64,000 nucleotides of DNA. Source: Trichodelitschia bisporula. Lineage: Eukaryota. The translations under genes and the position numbers were made by a program. Shown here in pieces: positions 25,936-38,200 of the stretch. Position 1 is the stretch's first letter; each line of letters starts with the position of its first letter. The notes below the pieces were generated by a model. It was not told the DNA's origin. It made no database searches and saw only the letters and a list, made by a program, of their open reading frames with translations. Where the stretch lies: contig ML996693.1 of the NCBI GenBank assembly GCA_010356995.1, forward strand, positions 248,001 through 312,000, written 5' to 3'.

Positions 25936-26016
25936 ATGCAGCAGACAATTACTTCATATCTCCCCTTCTATTACGCTCCCTTTGTTCAATTCCTCCGCTC
26001 GATAAAATGGCGTTAG
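25936..26016 (+). promoter_or_regulatory. Candidate uORF overlapping the transporter start (MQQTITSYLPFYYAPFVQFLRSIKWR*)
   Basis: ATG at 25936 is out of frame with the main ATG at 26007; its stop TAG is at 26014-26016. It lies downstream of a TATA-like TTTAAA at about 25798. Confidence 0.5.
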
Positions 26017-27729
26017 GCAAGAACGATCAAGAAGAGCTCCCCAAAGCATCAAATATCACGGAAACTGGAACCGACCAGGCCTATTTCGATGAAACGAAAG
26101 GTGACCCGGAGAATGGGGGCCATAGGCGCCGCAGTCGGCTTTCCGCCTCTATCGCTGCCGACGACGAAAGTGTATTGAGCGTCGGCCGGCAGATTGAGCT
26201 GGAGAAAGACAATCAGATCCAGTACCGCACGTGTAGCTGGCAGAAAGTATGGACTCTTCCTTTCGCATCTCTTGGAGGCCCATTATGTCCAGTACAGTTT
26301 TATGTGACCCTATCTAACATCAGTACCCCAGACTGCTGCTCTGTTGTTCTCAGAGTACATATGCCTTGCCATCATGTCCTTCCCGTACAGCTACTCGGTT
26401 CTTGGGTTGGTGCCCGGCCTTATCCTTACCGTGGTGGTTGCGGGACTGGTTCTGTACACGTCCCTGATCGTATGGTGAGTTTTCCTGCCGCTCGTAAATG
26501 CTGTCATGTCTCATTTTGCGGACAGGGAGTTTTGCATGCGCAATCCTCAGGCCAAAGACGTCTGTGATATTGGCCAGATTATCTTCGGGAACTCGCGAGC
26601 CGTCTGGTGGTTCACGGCCGTTATGTTCATACTCAACAATACCTTCATCCAGGCACTTCACTGCTTGGTGGGAGCCAAGTATCTGAACACCATGACGGGC
26701 CACAGCATGTGCACTGTCGGATTCTCGGCTATTGTTATGGTCATATCGTGGATTTGCTCGCTCCCCAGGACTTTCAGCGCGCTCGCAAGACTTGCGCTCT
26801 TCTCAGCCTTCTTCACGTTCATCTCAGTCCTGCTTGCCACCATTTTCGCCGCTATTGAAGACCACCCCGGTGCCGGATATCCCTCGCTAGGTGAACCTCT
26901 GGTCCTAGCTATCCCGGCGAAAGGCACGACCTTCGTAGCCGGAATGAATGCGTTCATGAACATCAGTTACACCTTCATTGGCCAGATCACGCTCCCTTCG
27001 TTCATTGCGGAAATGAAGAGGCCCGAAGATTTCCCGAAGGCCCTCTGGGCTATCACCATTGCTGAGGTGTTCGTTTTCAGCATTGTCGGGGCGGTCATCT
27101 ACGGATACACAGGCACCAACTACAATACCGCACCAGCCTTTGGCTCCCTCAGCAATGAAGTGTACAAGAAGGTCTCGTTCAGCTTTATGATTCCGACGCT
27201 GATCTTCTTGGGAGTGCTATATGCCTCCGTGACCGCGCGCTTCGTCTTCTTCAACCTCTATGGCAAGAAAGGGGACCGGGCGGAGTCGAGACACATGAGC
27301 TCGCACACGATTACTGGCTGGGCGGTCTGGGCTGGCATTCTGGGCGTCACTTGGATCTTTGCCTTCATCATTGCCGAAGTCATTCCGTTCTTCTCCGACC
27401 TTCTTTCCTTGATGAGCTCGCTGTTTGATTCATTCTTCGGCTTCATCTTCTGGGGCGTCGCATATATGCGCATGAGGCATGCGAAATACGGACCCAACTT
27501 CTGGAAGGAGCGAGGGCTTAGGGGGTATCTGGGGTTTGCCCTGAACATCCTGATCTGTCTCATCGGCCTTTTCTTCTTGACTGCCGGCACATATGTGAGT
27601 TTTGACCTAGCCTCGCCTTTTTTGGGTGTCTGCTAACGATATCTCTAGGCTTCGGTGCAAGGTATTGTGGATGGATACAAGGTGGCCTCTTTTGGCGGAG
27701 CCTTCACCTGTGATAGCAATGGCATCTGA
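26007..27729 (+). CDS. Amino acid/auxin permease family transporter (Mtr-like neutral amino acid permease)
   Basis: IQYRTCSWQKTAALLFSEYICLAIMSFPYSYSVLGLVPG, MNISYTFIGQITLPSFIAEMKRPEDFPKAL and IIAEVIPFFSDLLSLMSSLFD, with many hydrophobic segments. Introns 26247-26331, 26475-26525 and 27595-27648. Confidence 0.92.
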
Positions 27730-28117
27730 AGGGACGCAGACTTGGTACTCGGAGTTGGGACGCGGAGTTGGATAAGGTTCTTTTCTTCATAGTACTAGGC
27801 AACAGATGTAGTAATGATGACTCTCATGCCTTCCGTATTCACTCCATGGCTTAACTAAAGCAAGATGCCCTTCAATCGAGTCTCCGCTGTCAATCCCAGA
27901 TATCACTTCATCGTGATATATCTTCATCGTGCAGAAGCCTTTGCCAAGCCAACGGTGACATTAGAAACGCCCAGCCCCGAACTTCGGCACGGAAGCCCCA
28001 AGTAAAGTTGCAGGGTAGCTTGTCGACAGCTTGCACAGCGTCCACAACCTCAACCCGCTTCCCACCATCACCACTTTGCCGATCCGCCATTGCTCCTGAG
28101 ATTCTAGTCCAGCAACC

Positions 28118-28919
28118 ATGGCTTCCCTCCTGCAGTACATCAACTTCGACGATCCCGCCCTGTGGAGTGAGTTTCCAACCCCCACCTTGTGCGACATAGC
28201 CAGCTAACCGCCCTCCGCTCCAGTCTCCGCCGTCTCAATTATCTTCAACCCAACCTTCTGGAAGTAATCATCCCCTCACCCAAACCACCCTCAAGCTAAC
28301 ACCCGCAGCATCACCGCCCGCCAAGGTACACGCCTCCCACCTACCCCCACCACCTTCCCTAACCCTCTTAGAATACCACAACAAAGTCCTAACCCGTCTC
28401 TTCAACGGCAACGCCTACTACGGCTGCTACGCGCTAGCCGTAACAATCTTCAGCCTGGGCATCATCCGCGACCTCCTCTACGAACGCGCCCTACGCACCC
28501 AACCCACCCACCCAGCCCTCCTCCACCCCCTCCTCAAACCCCTCGCCGCGGCCCTCTTCACATCGGGCAACGTCCTCGTGCTGAGCAGCATGTGGGCGCT
28601 CGGCGTGACGGGCACATATCTCGGGGATTACTTCGGCATCCTGATGGACACGATGGTGACTGGTTTCCCGTTCAATGTGACCAAGAGCCCTATGTACTGG
28701 GGCTCGACGATGAGCTTCCTCGCTTCCGCATTGTGGTTTGGTAAGCCCGCGGGCCTGGCGCTGACCGGGCTGGTGTATGCTGCGTATTGGGTTGCGCTTA
28801 AGTTTGAAGAGTATGTACCCCCGTGTGGGTGTGGGGCTATAAAGCTGACTTGTAGTCCCTTCACGGCGGAGATCTATGCTAAGCGCGAGCGCGCGAGGGC
28901 GGCGGGAAAGAAGAACTAG
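28118..28919 (+). CDS. OPI3: Phosphatidyl-N-methylethanolamine N-methyltransferase
   Basis: FNPTFWNITARQEY, LSSMWALGVTGTYLGDYFGILM, FPFNVTKSPMYWGST and FEDPFTAEIY; four introns and a 17-nt microexon. Confidence 0.95.
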
Positions 28920-29385
28920 AAGCCGGCCGCACGATCCTGGACCTCGGGACGGGATCTGAGACGTGGGACCATGGGGACGTATTGTTCCGCATTCAACACG
29001 GAACGTTGGGTCGAGTTGTAAAAGGGAGAAGGCATGGCACTTTGTTGTAGCACTGGAGTATGGTGAAATCATTACAGCGGTGCTTTATAGCGTTGTTGGC
29101 AGGGAAAGCGTTCAACCGAATCTATTAGCATGTGTAGTCAAGGAATAGATGCAGAGCATCATTGAAACCCTCATGGAGAAGACAGGCAGCAAAAAGCCAT
29201 CGGAGTTAGAGTAAAAGCCCGCTAATTGATCTTACGCCTACGGCTAATAAACGAATCAAGAATCAAACAGTAACCACACCCTCAACCAACGTGCACACTG
29301 GACCAATCAAGGCTCAAAACATCAAGATTGCCCTCAGCCTGAAAGGCCGAGTGCACACGCTAAGAGTAGATACTGATTACCACCC

Positions 29386-31056
29386 CTACTCCTCCGGCTC
29401 CATAGGAGCCTCCTCGTCGTACTCCTCCTCGCCCTCGCTGACCGAAGCCTCCTGGTACTGCTGGTACTCGGACACCAAGTCGTTCATGTTGCTCTCAGCC
29501 TCGGTGAACTCCATCTCGTCCATACCCTCGCCAGTGTACCAATGCAAGAAAGCCTTGCGCCGGAACATGGCGGAGAACTGGTCACCGACACGCTTGAAGA
29601 GCTCCTGGATGGAGGTCGAGTTGCCGACGAAGGTCGACGACATCTTCAGGCCACGGGGAGGGATGGAGCACAGCGCCGTCTGGACGTTGTTCGGGATCCA
29701 CTCGACGAAGTACGACGCGTTCTTGTTCTGGACGTTACGCATCTGGTCCTCGACCTCCTTCATGGAGACCTTGCCACGGCTTTGATGGGTCAGTAAAAGT
29801 AAGCGACACGACAGCAGAATACTCACAAGATGGCAGAGCAGGTCAGGTAGCGGCCGTTGCGGAAGTCAGACGCAGCCATCATGTTCTTGGGGTCGAACAT
29901 CTGCTGGGTGAGCTCCGGAACAGTCACCGCACGGAAGGAGTAAGCCCCGCGGCTGGTAAGCGGAGCAAAGCCAACCATGAAGAAGTGGAGACGCGGGAAC
30001 GGAACCATGTTGACAGCCAACTTGCGAAGATCCGAGTTGAGCTGGCCGGGGAAACGCAAGCAGGTCGTAACACCGGACATAACGGCGGACACGAGATGGT
30101 TCAGGTCACCGTAGGACGGGTTGCTCAACTTGAGGGTCCGCATGCAGATGTCATACAGAGCCTGCAATCGTCAGTTCTGGTGCTCGCGATGATTATGCGA
30201 GACTACTGACCTCATTGTCAATACAGAAGGTCTCATCGGAGTTCTCGACAAGCTGATGGACGGAGAGCGTAGCATTGTACGGCTCAACGACGGTGTCCGA
30301 GACCTTGGGAGACGGCATAACCGAGAAGGTAGCCATCATGCGGTCGGGGAACTCCTCACGGATCTTGGAGATAAGAAGAGTGCCCATACCGGCACCGGTA
30401 CCACCACCGAGGGAGTGGGTAATCTGGAAGCCCTGAAGGCAGTCGCAGCCCTCAGCCTCACGACGGACAACGTCGAGAACCTGATCCACGAGCTCGGCAC
30501 CCTCAGTGTAATGACCCTTGGCCCAGTTGTTGCCAGCACCAGACTGACCGAAGACAAAGTTGTCAGGGCGGAACAGCTGGCCGAAAGGACCAGCGCGAAC
30601 GGCATCCATGGTACCGGGCTCAAGATCGACCAGAACGGCACGGGGGACGAACTTGTTGCCAGACGCCTCGTTGAAGTAGACGTTCATGCGCTCAAGCTGC
30701 AGGTCCGAGGTGCCATTGTAGACGCCAGAGCCGTCAAGGCCATGCTCGCCAGAGATGGTCTGCCTGCAATCCGAGTTAGCCTTCCCATGTCTACATTAAG
30801 AGCAGTGGCGGAGGACAAACCAGAAAGCAGCACCGATTTGGTTGCCCTGATCTAAATGTCAGCGACAAAGTCGGTAGTCGTTCTATTCTGCGGTACGTAC
30901 GCATTGGCCGGTCTGGAGGTGAACCTGTAGTTGTGAAAAGCATGGTTAGCAAGGTTCTCTGGAGTCTGTTGACAAGCTTGACGTGGGGCAACGCATCAGG
31001 GGAGACGCGTAAAAACATCAGCGTATTTGGGGGGAGCAACATACAATCTCACGCAT
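29386..31056 (-). CDS. TUB2: Beta-tubulin
   Basis: [28 protein letters not shown] signature and acidic tail [14 protein letters not shown]; five introns. Confidence 0.99.
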
Positions 31057-31865
31057 TTCGAATGGAGAATGAAGAATCTACGGGCACTGGTAAGAGTAGT
31101 AGAGTTCCTGAGCAACGGAGAGCAATGGAGATGCAAGGTGTTTGACGAGGACGTTAGGGGCTTAAGTGGAGGGAGAAAGAGATGCGGTGTGGAAAGAGGC
31201 GCCTTTAGAACCCGCTGCTTCTGCTTTGGCGCCTGGCGCCCGGGCCGCCAGTTCTTCCACCGCCGCCCTCAACACTCCACTGGTTCGCACGGACCAGCTG
31301 ATCCCCGTGGCAAGGTCAATCATGTCCGCTGGTTGGCCAGTCTCAAGCCTGAACGGCTTGGCCTGTGACCCCACAAGTCAACAACACGGCCACGACGGCT
31401 TCGGCGTGGGAAGCGTGCAAGACGATCCCCATTGCATACTGATATAATTGTTCAAACATAAACATCTCGGTGATCGGTCTTGACGTATTTATGAGCTCGA
31501 TACATCAAGGCTTTGAAGTCTCAAATTGTCACTGGAATGTCATGCTTACAACGTCCGCTCTATGTCGTTTCTTGTTGCCAAAACAATCTCAAACGTCCCG
31601 CACTAAGTCCTAGGCAACAGCCATAAAAGTGTGCATGTGCAAGCGGTCTAAGTGCAGCCTATTAATACATCTAAACGTGCAAGACGGAATCCAGAAACTA
31701 CTGTAGTCCAGAAACAAGTGTCTAGATGAGCGTTCAAACGAGGTTGATCAACGACCACTGATTCCGTTCCCCGTCCACGAAGCCTGGGTGTTGAACTCTA
31801 TCAGCAAGATCCGGATTGGTGGCTTTAACAGAACACTTGAGGAGCTGAGATCTTGGATCGGACCT

Positions 31866-32991
31866 TCAGCGCTTCTTTTTGCCATTTGCGATGGCAGCTT
31901 GATTATGGCCCCGCTTCCGGACCACCGAAGGCATGGATGTCAAAAGTCTCGGCCAGTACAGCTCGTAGTCGTCTTGTTTATGATTCAGGCAATGGCGGAG
32001 CCATATCCCCCAAACGATGTAGTAGTAAGCACCGATGCCTGTCATCAGATGCCTGCATTGCTCGGTTAGCTAGCAGAGCGAGGAAAGGGGAAAAAACACC
32101 CACCACCAGCCATGGCCTTCCAGAAGTATGCCCCAGGGCAAACCAACCTTCCTCCGCCAAGTGCGCAAGGTAGGACAAAAGACATTATCCAGATTCCAGA
32201 CCGCAAATCCCCCGAGGAAGGCACTCAAGCCATATGCAATCATGATCCACATGGTCCGGAGGATTTTCGCGTCTCGGTCGTCAATTCTCCTCTGTTCGTT
32301 CCGAGTCCGAGGCTTGGTGTCGGAATCCGCGCTGTCGCTCCGAAGCGCAGTTTCCTTCATGCGCAGGGACGGCCGGATGTTGATCTCCATGACATACAGG
32401 GCACGAATCAAAACGATGGCAGTTAGTATGGCGTACACCACCTGGTGAAAGATTGGATCCTTCAGGTAATGGTAGTAGGCCGTGATGGAGACTGACAAGG
32501 TTATCAGAGAGCCGGCCAGAATGGTGATGTACCGGGTAGACTTGTTGTGGGCAAAGGTAGCATAGAACATGATGCATGTCGTGTAAATCATGGAAAGTTC
32601 ATCTATGAGTTGCATAGGATCTAGAGGGTGTCAATATTTGCTCTACCCTGGATGGGGAACGCACATTTGAGAGTAGAATGAAAGAGAAAGCTTCCAACGC
32701 CAACCACAAGGTAGCCGAGGAAAGAGACAATGAAGATCCGGTCATGGCCATTGATGATACAATTGCTAATGCCCTTAATCGCAAGGTAGGCGAAGAGCAG
32801 ATTTGTCATGGAATTCACAATCTCGGCCGAGTACTGGGTCGCATAATAGTTCTTGTGGACGGTCAGTGGACAATATCAAGCGGCCACCATGGACAACATG
32901 CCTCTTCACACCAGTCTAGAGTGGCGGTGATAGGTGCCCAGTAACCCTCTTGCTCTGGGGGATACGGAATGGAAGGGAGCCAAGCGGCCAT
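31866..32991 (-). CDS. Alkaline (phyto)ceramidase, Ypc1/Ydc1 family
   Basis: GYWAPITATLDWCEE-NYYATQYSAEIVNSMTN, GSFLFHSTLK, QLIDELSMIY and LEGHGWWHLMTG; C-terminal KKKR ER-retrieval-like signal; three introns, the first GC-AG. Confidence 0.95.
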
Positions 32992-33787
32992 CTTTGCGAC
33001 CGTAGTTTGAAGCTTCAATGAATGCGTGTGGGGGGATAGACTTGGTTGGCAGCGTAGAAAGGGGGCTCTACAAGTACAAAGGTGCTAATCGATACAGTGA
33101 CGCTGCAGCATTCACAATGTTCTCTGCATCAAAAGTTTCATGCAGTGTCGCAGGTGAAAAGAAGGCAGTTTGCATGCCGAATTCGTAACAGTATCCATGT
33201 GAGAAGGGCCCACAGGCCGGCTTAAAAGCGAGGCTTTGAGAACGTGGTGTTGTCCACCTCTTAGCGCAGGTGCTGACCTGCAAGAATGTAGGTCACGCCT
33301 GGTCAGCATCGGGGAGCCGGGCATTCCGCGTCATCGTTTCAGCGACCCGGGGTTTGTACAATGTGGGCATCAGCCACCATCGGTATGTTTGCGCCTCGTC
33401 TTTGTGTCATTGACGAAGTACAAGGTGGGGCTGCGGCTCTACAGCGAGAAAGCAATCCAGTAAAGAAACGCAGAAGCTGGTCGTGGTGTAGAGTGCCCGT
33501 ATACAGTAGGCGGCTGGTTCTTGCTGGGTCAGACGGACCTCAGCCAAGAAAATCGATCACCCAACTGGAGTTGACCCGAGAGAATTGCAATCCATCAAAA
33601 AGTGGGCCGTTACTCACCGCAATCGCATCTTCGAAATACAACATTTCGCAAGGCTATCCATCCAGGTCTCAAGTTCGAAGGCTCAGCAGTCTCACGTAGC
33701 TGCCACTTGCTGACCTAAACAGACGACTTCCGCTTTGACGGCGTTCAATCGCCCTTCGGACGGGATTAGACCAATCCACCAGCAGCC

Positions 33788-34263
33788 ATGTCCATCTCAA
33801 ATGAGGCTTTAAGAAAGGTTCGCAGAACTGCGCCAACGGCATGTGCTCGTACTTACACTAGCCCACCGTTAGGTACTGCTCGAGATTGAGCAGAAATCGG
33901 CATTCTCTAGCCAGCAACTCGGCATCGTCAAAACTCAACTGGCTGCTAAACACCGCGAATCCCGCATGCTTCAACTAACGGCCAACGAAGTCGGTGTACT
34001 ACCGCAAGGCACGCAGCTTTACGAAGGGGTCGGCAAGATGTGAGCGACGCGTTCAGCCTCGACAGTGGACGTTTGTGCTTATCAAGACGTCTAGGTTCAT
34101 CCAAACCCCTTCGGGAGAGGTAGTCGACCGGCTGGCGAGAGAGAAGCAAGCTCTGACGGATGACGTTGCAAACCTGGAGAAGAAGCGGCAGTATCTCGAG
34201 ACAACTTTCAAGAACAGCCGAGAGCATATGGACAGAATCCTGAGGTCCGCCGGTCCTATGTAG
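33788..34263 (+). CDS. PFD1: Prefoldin subunit 1 (beta type)
   Basis: MSISNEALRK-VLLEIEQK...LYEGVGKM-FIQTP...LEKKRQYLETTFKNSREH; introns 33818-33872 and 34040-34094. Confidence 0.9.
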
Positions 34264-35279
34264 TGAAGGTTCGTGATTGTGGAAGGAGAGGGTGGTCCAC
34301 CCCGAGCGAAGGCAGTGCATGTTCGGATAGATTGACTTCCCTTGCCGAAGCTAGCCATGTAGCTGAGTGACGAAAGTCCTCGATATTGGACTGTGAACCA
34401 TGTCCATCCCTTTTGAGCGCCCCTGGAGGGGGAACGCTGTGAGCGTGATGTGGCTGTGCAGCGGGGTTTACTTTGAGGAAGAAGGCCGTTGTGGGTTTAG
34501 TGTGGGGTGATGGAGCTAGACCAGGGGAAATGCATTGTCGATGATTGACGAGGCCAGATGTTCGGCCCTACGGGTATCTTAGAACTTGGGGTGCTTTGGA
34601 AATGAAATTGGTGATGATCCCCTTGTCGTCAGATTTCCTCACATGAGAGGCGATACGCATAGGATGTGCCCAACTTGTGATGCCTGCACTTGCATTATCT
34701 CTCAGTATCAGAGTGTGGGTCGCAGAATGGTTTTGCAAGCTCGTTGCGGCTAATAATAGCGGGGTGGGTTGCATGGCCCCCGTAACTTTAGGGTGTACAC
34801 AGTAGGCTGGGCCGCCGGATGGGGGGCCCCAGGGCGCGATGGGCTCCTGTCCCTGCGTGGATTGGGGGAAGCCGGCGTTGACCTTTCGCCAATCAGTGGT
34901 GCTGCGGCTGAGCAAACCACAAGTTGAAGCCACCGGGCTTGAACGAGCACGTCTGCCAGATACCTCTACGATCTTAGGCCTGCGAAACACCATCCTTTCC
35001 CCAACGCGACACCTCCGACCTGCCTATGCAAACCTACAGTCTTTGACCATATCCTTCCGCAACATCTTTGTCGCCTACAAAATACTTACCAGAACCCTAG
35101 AGAAGCCTGTCGCCTCTTCTCCAAAGTTACGCCACTCCTTCGTCCGACATTATCGCGATACCCCCCTCCCCCTCGTCTGACAGGTGTTCAACGCGCAAAG
35201 CTGCCCACGAATCCGGACCGTCACAACAAATGCCGGTACAACTGCACATCTGGAGAGCTGGAGGTCGGTGATTTGCTCA

Positions 35280-38200
35280 ATGGAGTTCAATGACCCGCAC
35301 AACCGTCGAAACAGCTCCCCGCCCCAATCGATCCCTCTACAAGACCTCTCCCGAACACCTGCTGTGGATAGTGGCGGTGATGGAGAGAGCCAGGCCGGGC
35401 GCATCAGGGCACTCAGCGATAGAGGAAGAGATCTTTGGAGAAATAGGAACTCGCCTGGTCGGGGAGCTGCTGGAGGATCATATTCTCCCATTGTGGAGCG
35501 TGACGGGAGTCCCATTCGACCGCCGCGCGGGCCGCATCTGACCATTCCGCAATCATCAACCGAATATGTTGGTGGGAATGCATCGCCAACGTCCCCGGTG
35601 GATGCAGCGGGGTTTCAGCAAGCAATAGGAGGCTTTTCTGGGCTCAGTTTCGAACCAGCTTTTGACGCTCCTTCCTTCCCGGCCCATGCCCGCAATACCG
35701 ATTTCCTTTCAACAACACACCCTTCGGACTCCGACTCCATCGTTGAACCAGAAGAGCCTGGGCAGTTCTCTCCAAATACATCGTCCGACCGCATACTGCT
35801 GACAGATCCCACCCATCTCCAGCCCATCAGCGGAGCTCATTACTCCGATAATCGAGGGAGCCGGTCTCGAAGCGTACACTTCACCGCAACCCCACTGGCT
35901 TCGCGCGCAAGATTGGGGGATGACTTGGCCCAAGCAGAATCCGGCTTGCAGGTGCCAGGCGGCGACATGCGGCGACGTTCGTCATCACGGTCGCTTTCCC
36001 CCAGTGCCGCTGGCGCAACTCTGCAAAGGGCTGGAACCATAATGCGGAACATGTCACAACGTATCGTCAATCTCAGCAATGAAACGGACGTCGTGGAGAA
36101 GACCATCAAGCGCAAGACATCTCAGAGGCAATCTGGGCAAGATGGATCGACCTCGCCGGGAGGACTCCCTACCATTGATGGAGCCGAGTCGCAGGATAAC
36201 ATAGCTCCGGAAAAGCCGCCCTCAGTCCAGGCCGCGGCACTCCCAAGGCGCCCATCGAAACTCACGAAGCAGACGAATCCTTTAAAAGGGAAGTCCTTGG
36301 GCATCTTCCCGCCGGACAATCCGATTCGTATGCGACTGTGCGAAGTGTTGGTCCATCCAATTACAGAACCCCTCATATTCGTCTTGATAGTCATACAGAC
36401 CATTTTGCTGTCGGTGGACTCGAGCCGACCTGTCAAATACAGCAGCCCAGATAAGCATTGGAATGGAAGTATTCTTGACTGGTGTCTGTTTGCGCTGTTC
36501 TGTATCTACACGGTCGAGATCATCTCTAGGAGCATCGTTTCGGGCTTTCTCATTAACCCGACCGAGTACAGCACTATCAACAGACAAGTGGGGCTCGGGC
36601 AGGCTGTCAAAGCCAAAGTTAGCGACCTTTTTGGAAACCCTCAGAGTCGACCCCCACCTTCGCTAGATGCGGACTTTCATGGACCGCAGCAGCCTTCACT
36701 TCTTCGGGCGTTCACTACGAATATGGCCGCCGACCAGCAAGTCATGGACTCGAGGCAGCAGCAGCGTATACGGCTGGCGCATCGAGCGTTTCTTCGGCAC
36801 TCTTTTAACCGGCTAGACTTCGTTGCCGTCACCTCGTACTGGATCAGTTTTACTCTCGCCATATTCAACACGGAGAGCGAAAAGCATCTTTACGTTTTCC
36901 GGATGTTGAGCTGTCTCCGAATCCTCCGCCTCCTTTATCTGACGAGTGGTACCACCGTCATCTTGCGAAGCTTGAAGAAAGCTGCCCCGCTGTTGACGAA
37001 TGTTGCCTTTCTCATCGGCTTCTTTTGGCTTTTATTCGGCATCATCGGGCTACAGAGCTTCAAATCCAGCTTAAGACGCACGTGCGTGTGGACGAACCCG
37101 GCTGATCCATCAGACACCTACACGGCGAACTTACAGTTTTGCGGTGGATGGATGGACCAGAATAGGAAACCACAGCCGTGGTTGCAGCCAGACGGGACGA
37201 CTCCTGGAGCCGCCAACCACAAGGGGTATCTCTGCCCAGTCAACTCCAAGTGTATTGAAAGTCAGAACCCGTACAATGGCTCTGTCAGCTTCGACAACAT
37301 CTTCCAGTCTTTGGAACTCGTTTTTGTCATCATGTCATCGAATACCTTCTCTGACATTATGTACTACTTGACAAATAGCGATTACCTTGCCGCAGCGATC
37401 TTTTTCGCCTTTGGCATTGTAATCCTCTTTTTCTGGCTGGTCAATCTCCTTATTGCCGTCATTACGTCGTCGTTTCAGGTCATCCGAGATGAGAGCGAAG
37501 CCAGTGCCTTCACCGGTGAGGGCCGTGACGGCGAAGCGGACAATCCAGAAAATCGAGCACAAGGTGCCGAGACGCGACGAAAAGTCAGTACCCTAAAGAA
37601 GATGTACGACAAAACGAAGTGGCTGTGGGTATGCATCATTGTCTACGGCGTTCTCGTGCAGGGCTTGCGGAGTGCGAGTATGGGCTCTGCGCGAGCAAGA
37701 TTTATCGACGGATCAGAAATAGTTGTGACACTCGCCCTGGACGTCGAGATTGTCCTCCGGTTTGTAACCGATTGGCGACACTTCGTTCACGACAAGCGTA
37801 ATCTCTTCGATACTGGACTTGCTATCATCACCAGCGTCATCCAGATCCCATCGATACGCCACTCCGGACAGCCTTACGCCTGGCTCACGTTGTTCCAGGT
37901 GCTCCGGATATACCGGGTCGTTTTGGCAGTTCCCATGACGCGAGACCTTATCATGACAGTTTTGGGGAATTTCACTGGTCTCCTGAACTTGATATTATTC
38001 GTGTTTCTACTCACCTTCCTCGCGGCAATTCTGGCTGCTCAGATGTTCAGAGGCACTCTTCCTCAACAGAACTCGAGTGGCGAAACCATAAACGTCACCT
38101 TTAACAATTTGTGGAATGCCTTTCTCGGAATGTACCAGATCTTCTCCAGTGAGAATTGGACGACTCCTTTGTATAACGTGACGAATTACGACGTCCTTTT

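Noticed and set aside
27814..27820. Box C (ATGATGA) of a C/D snoRNA
   Set aside because: No box D (CTGA) or terminal stem at a suitable distance; it lies in the transporter 3' UTR.
34502..34511. Perfect SRE (ATCACCCCAC on minus) upstream of CCH1
   Set aside because: A single short match in G-rich DNA with no supporting sites; none was found upstream of ERG8, where one would be expected.
35184..35279. GTG-initiated N-terminal extension of Cch1 shown in the ORF track
   Set aside because: The track uses prokaryote-style starts; there is no evidence for use, and the first in-frame ATG is at 35280.
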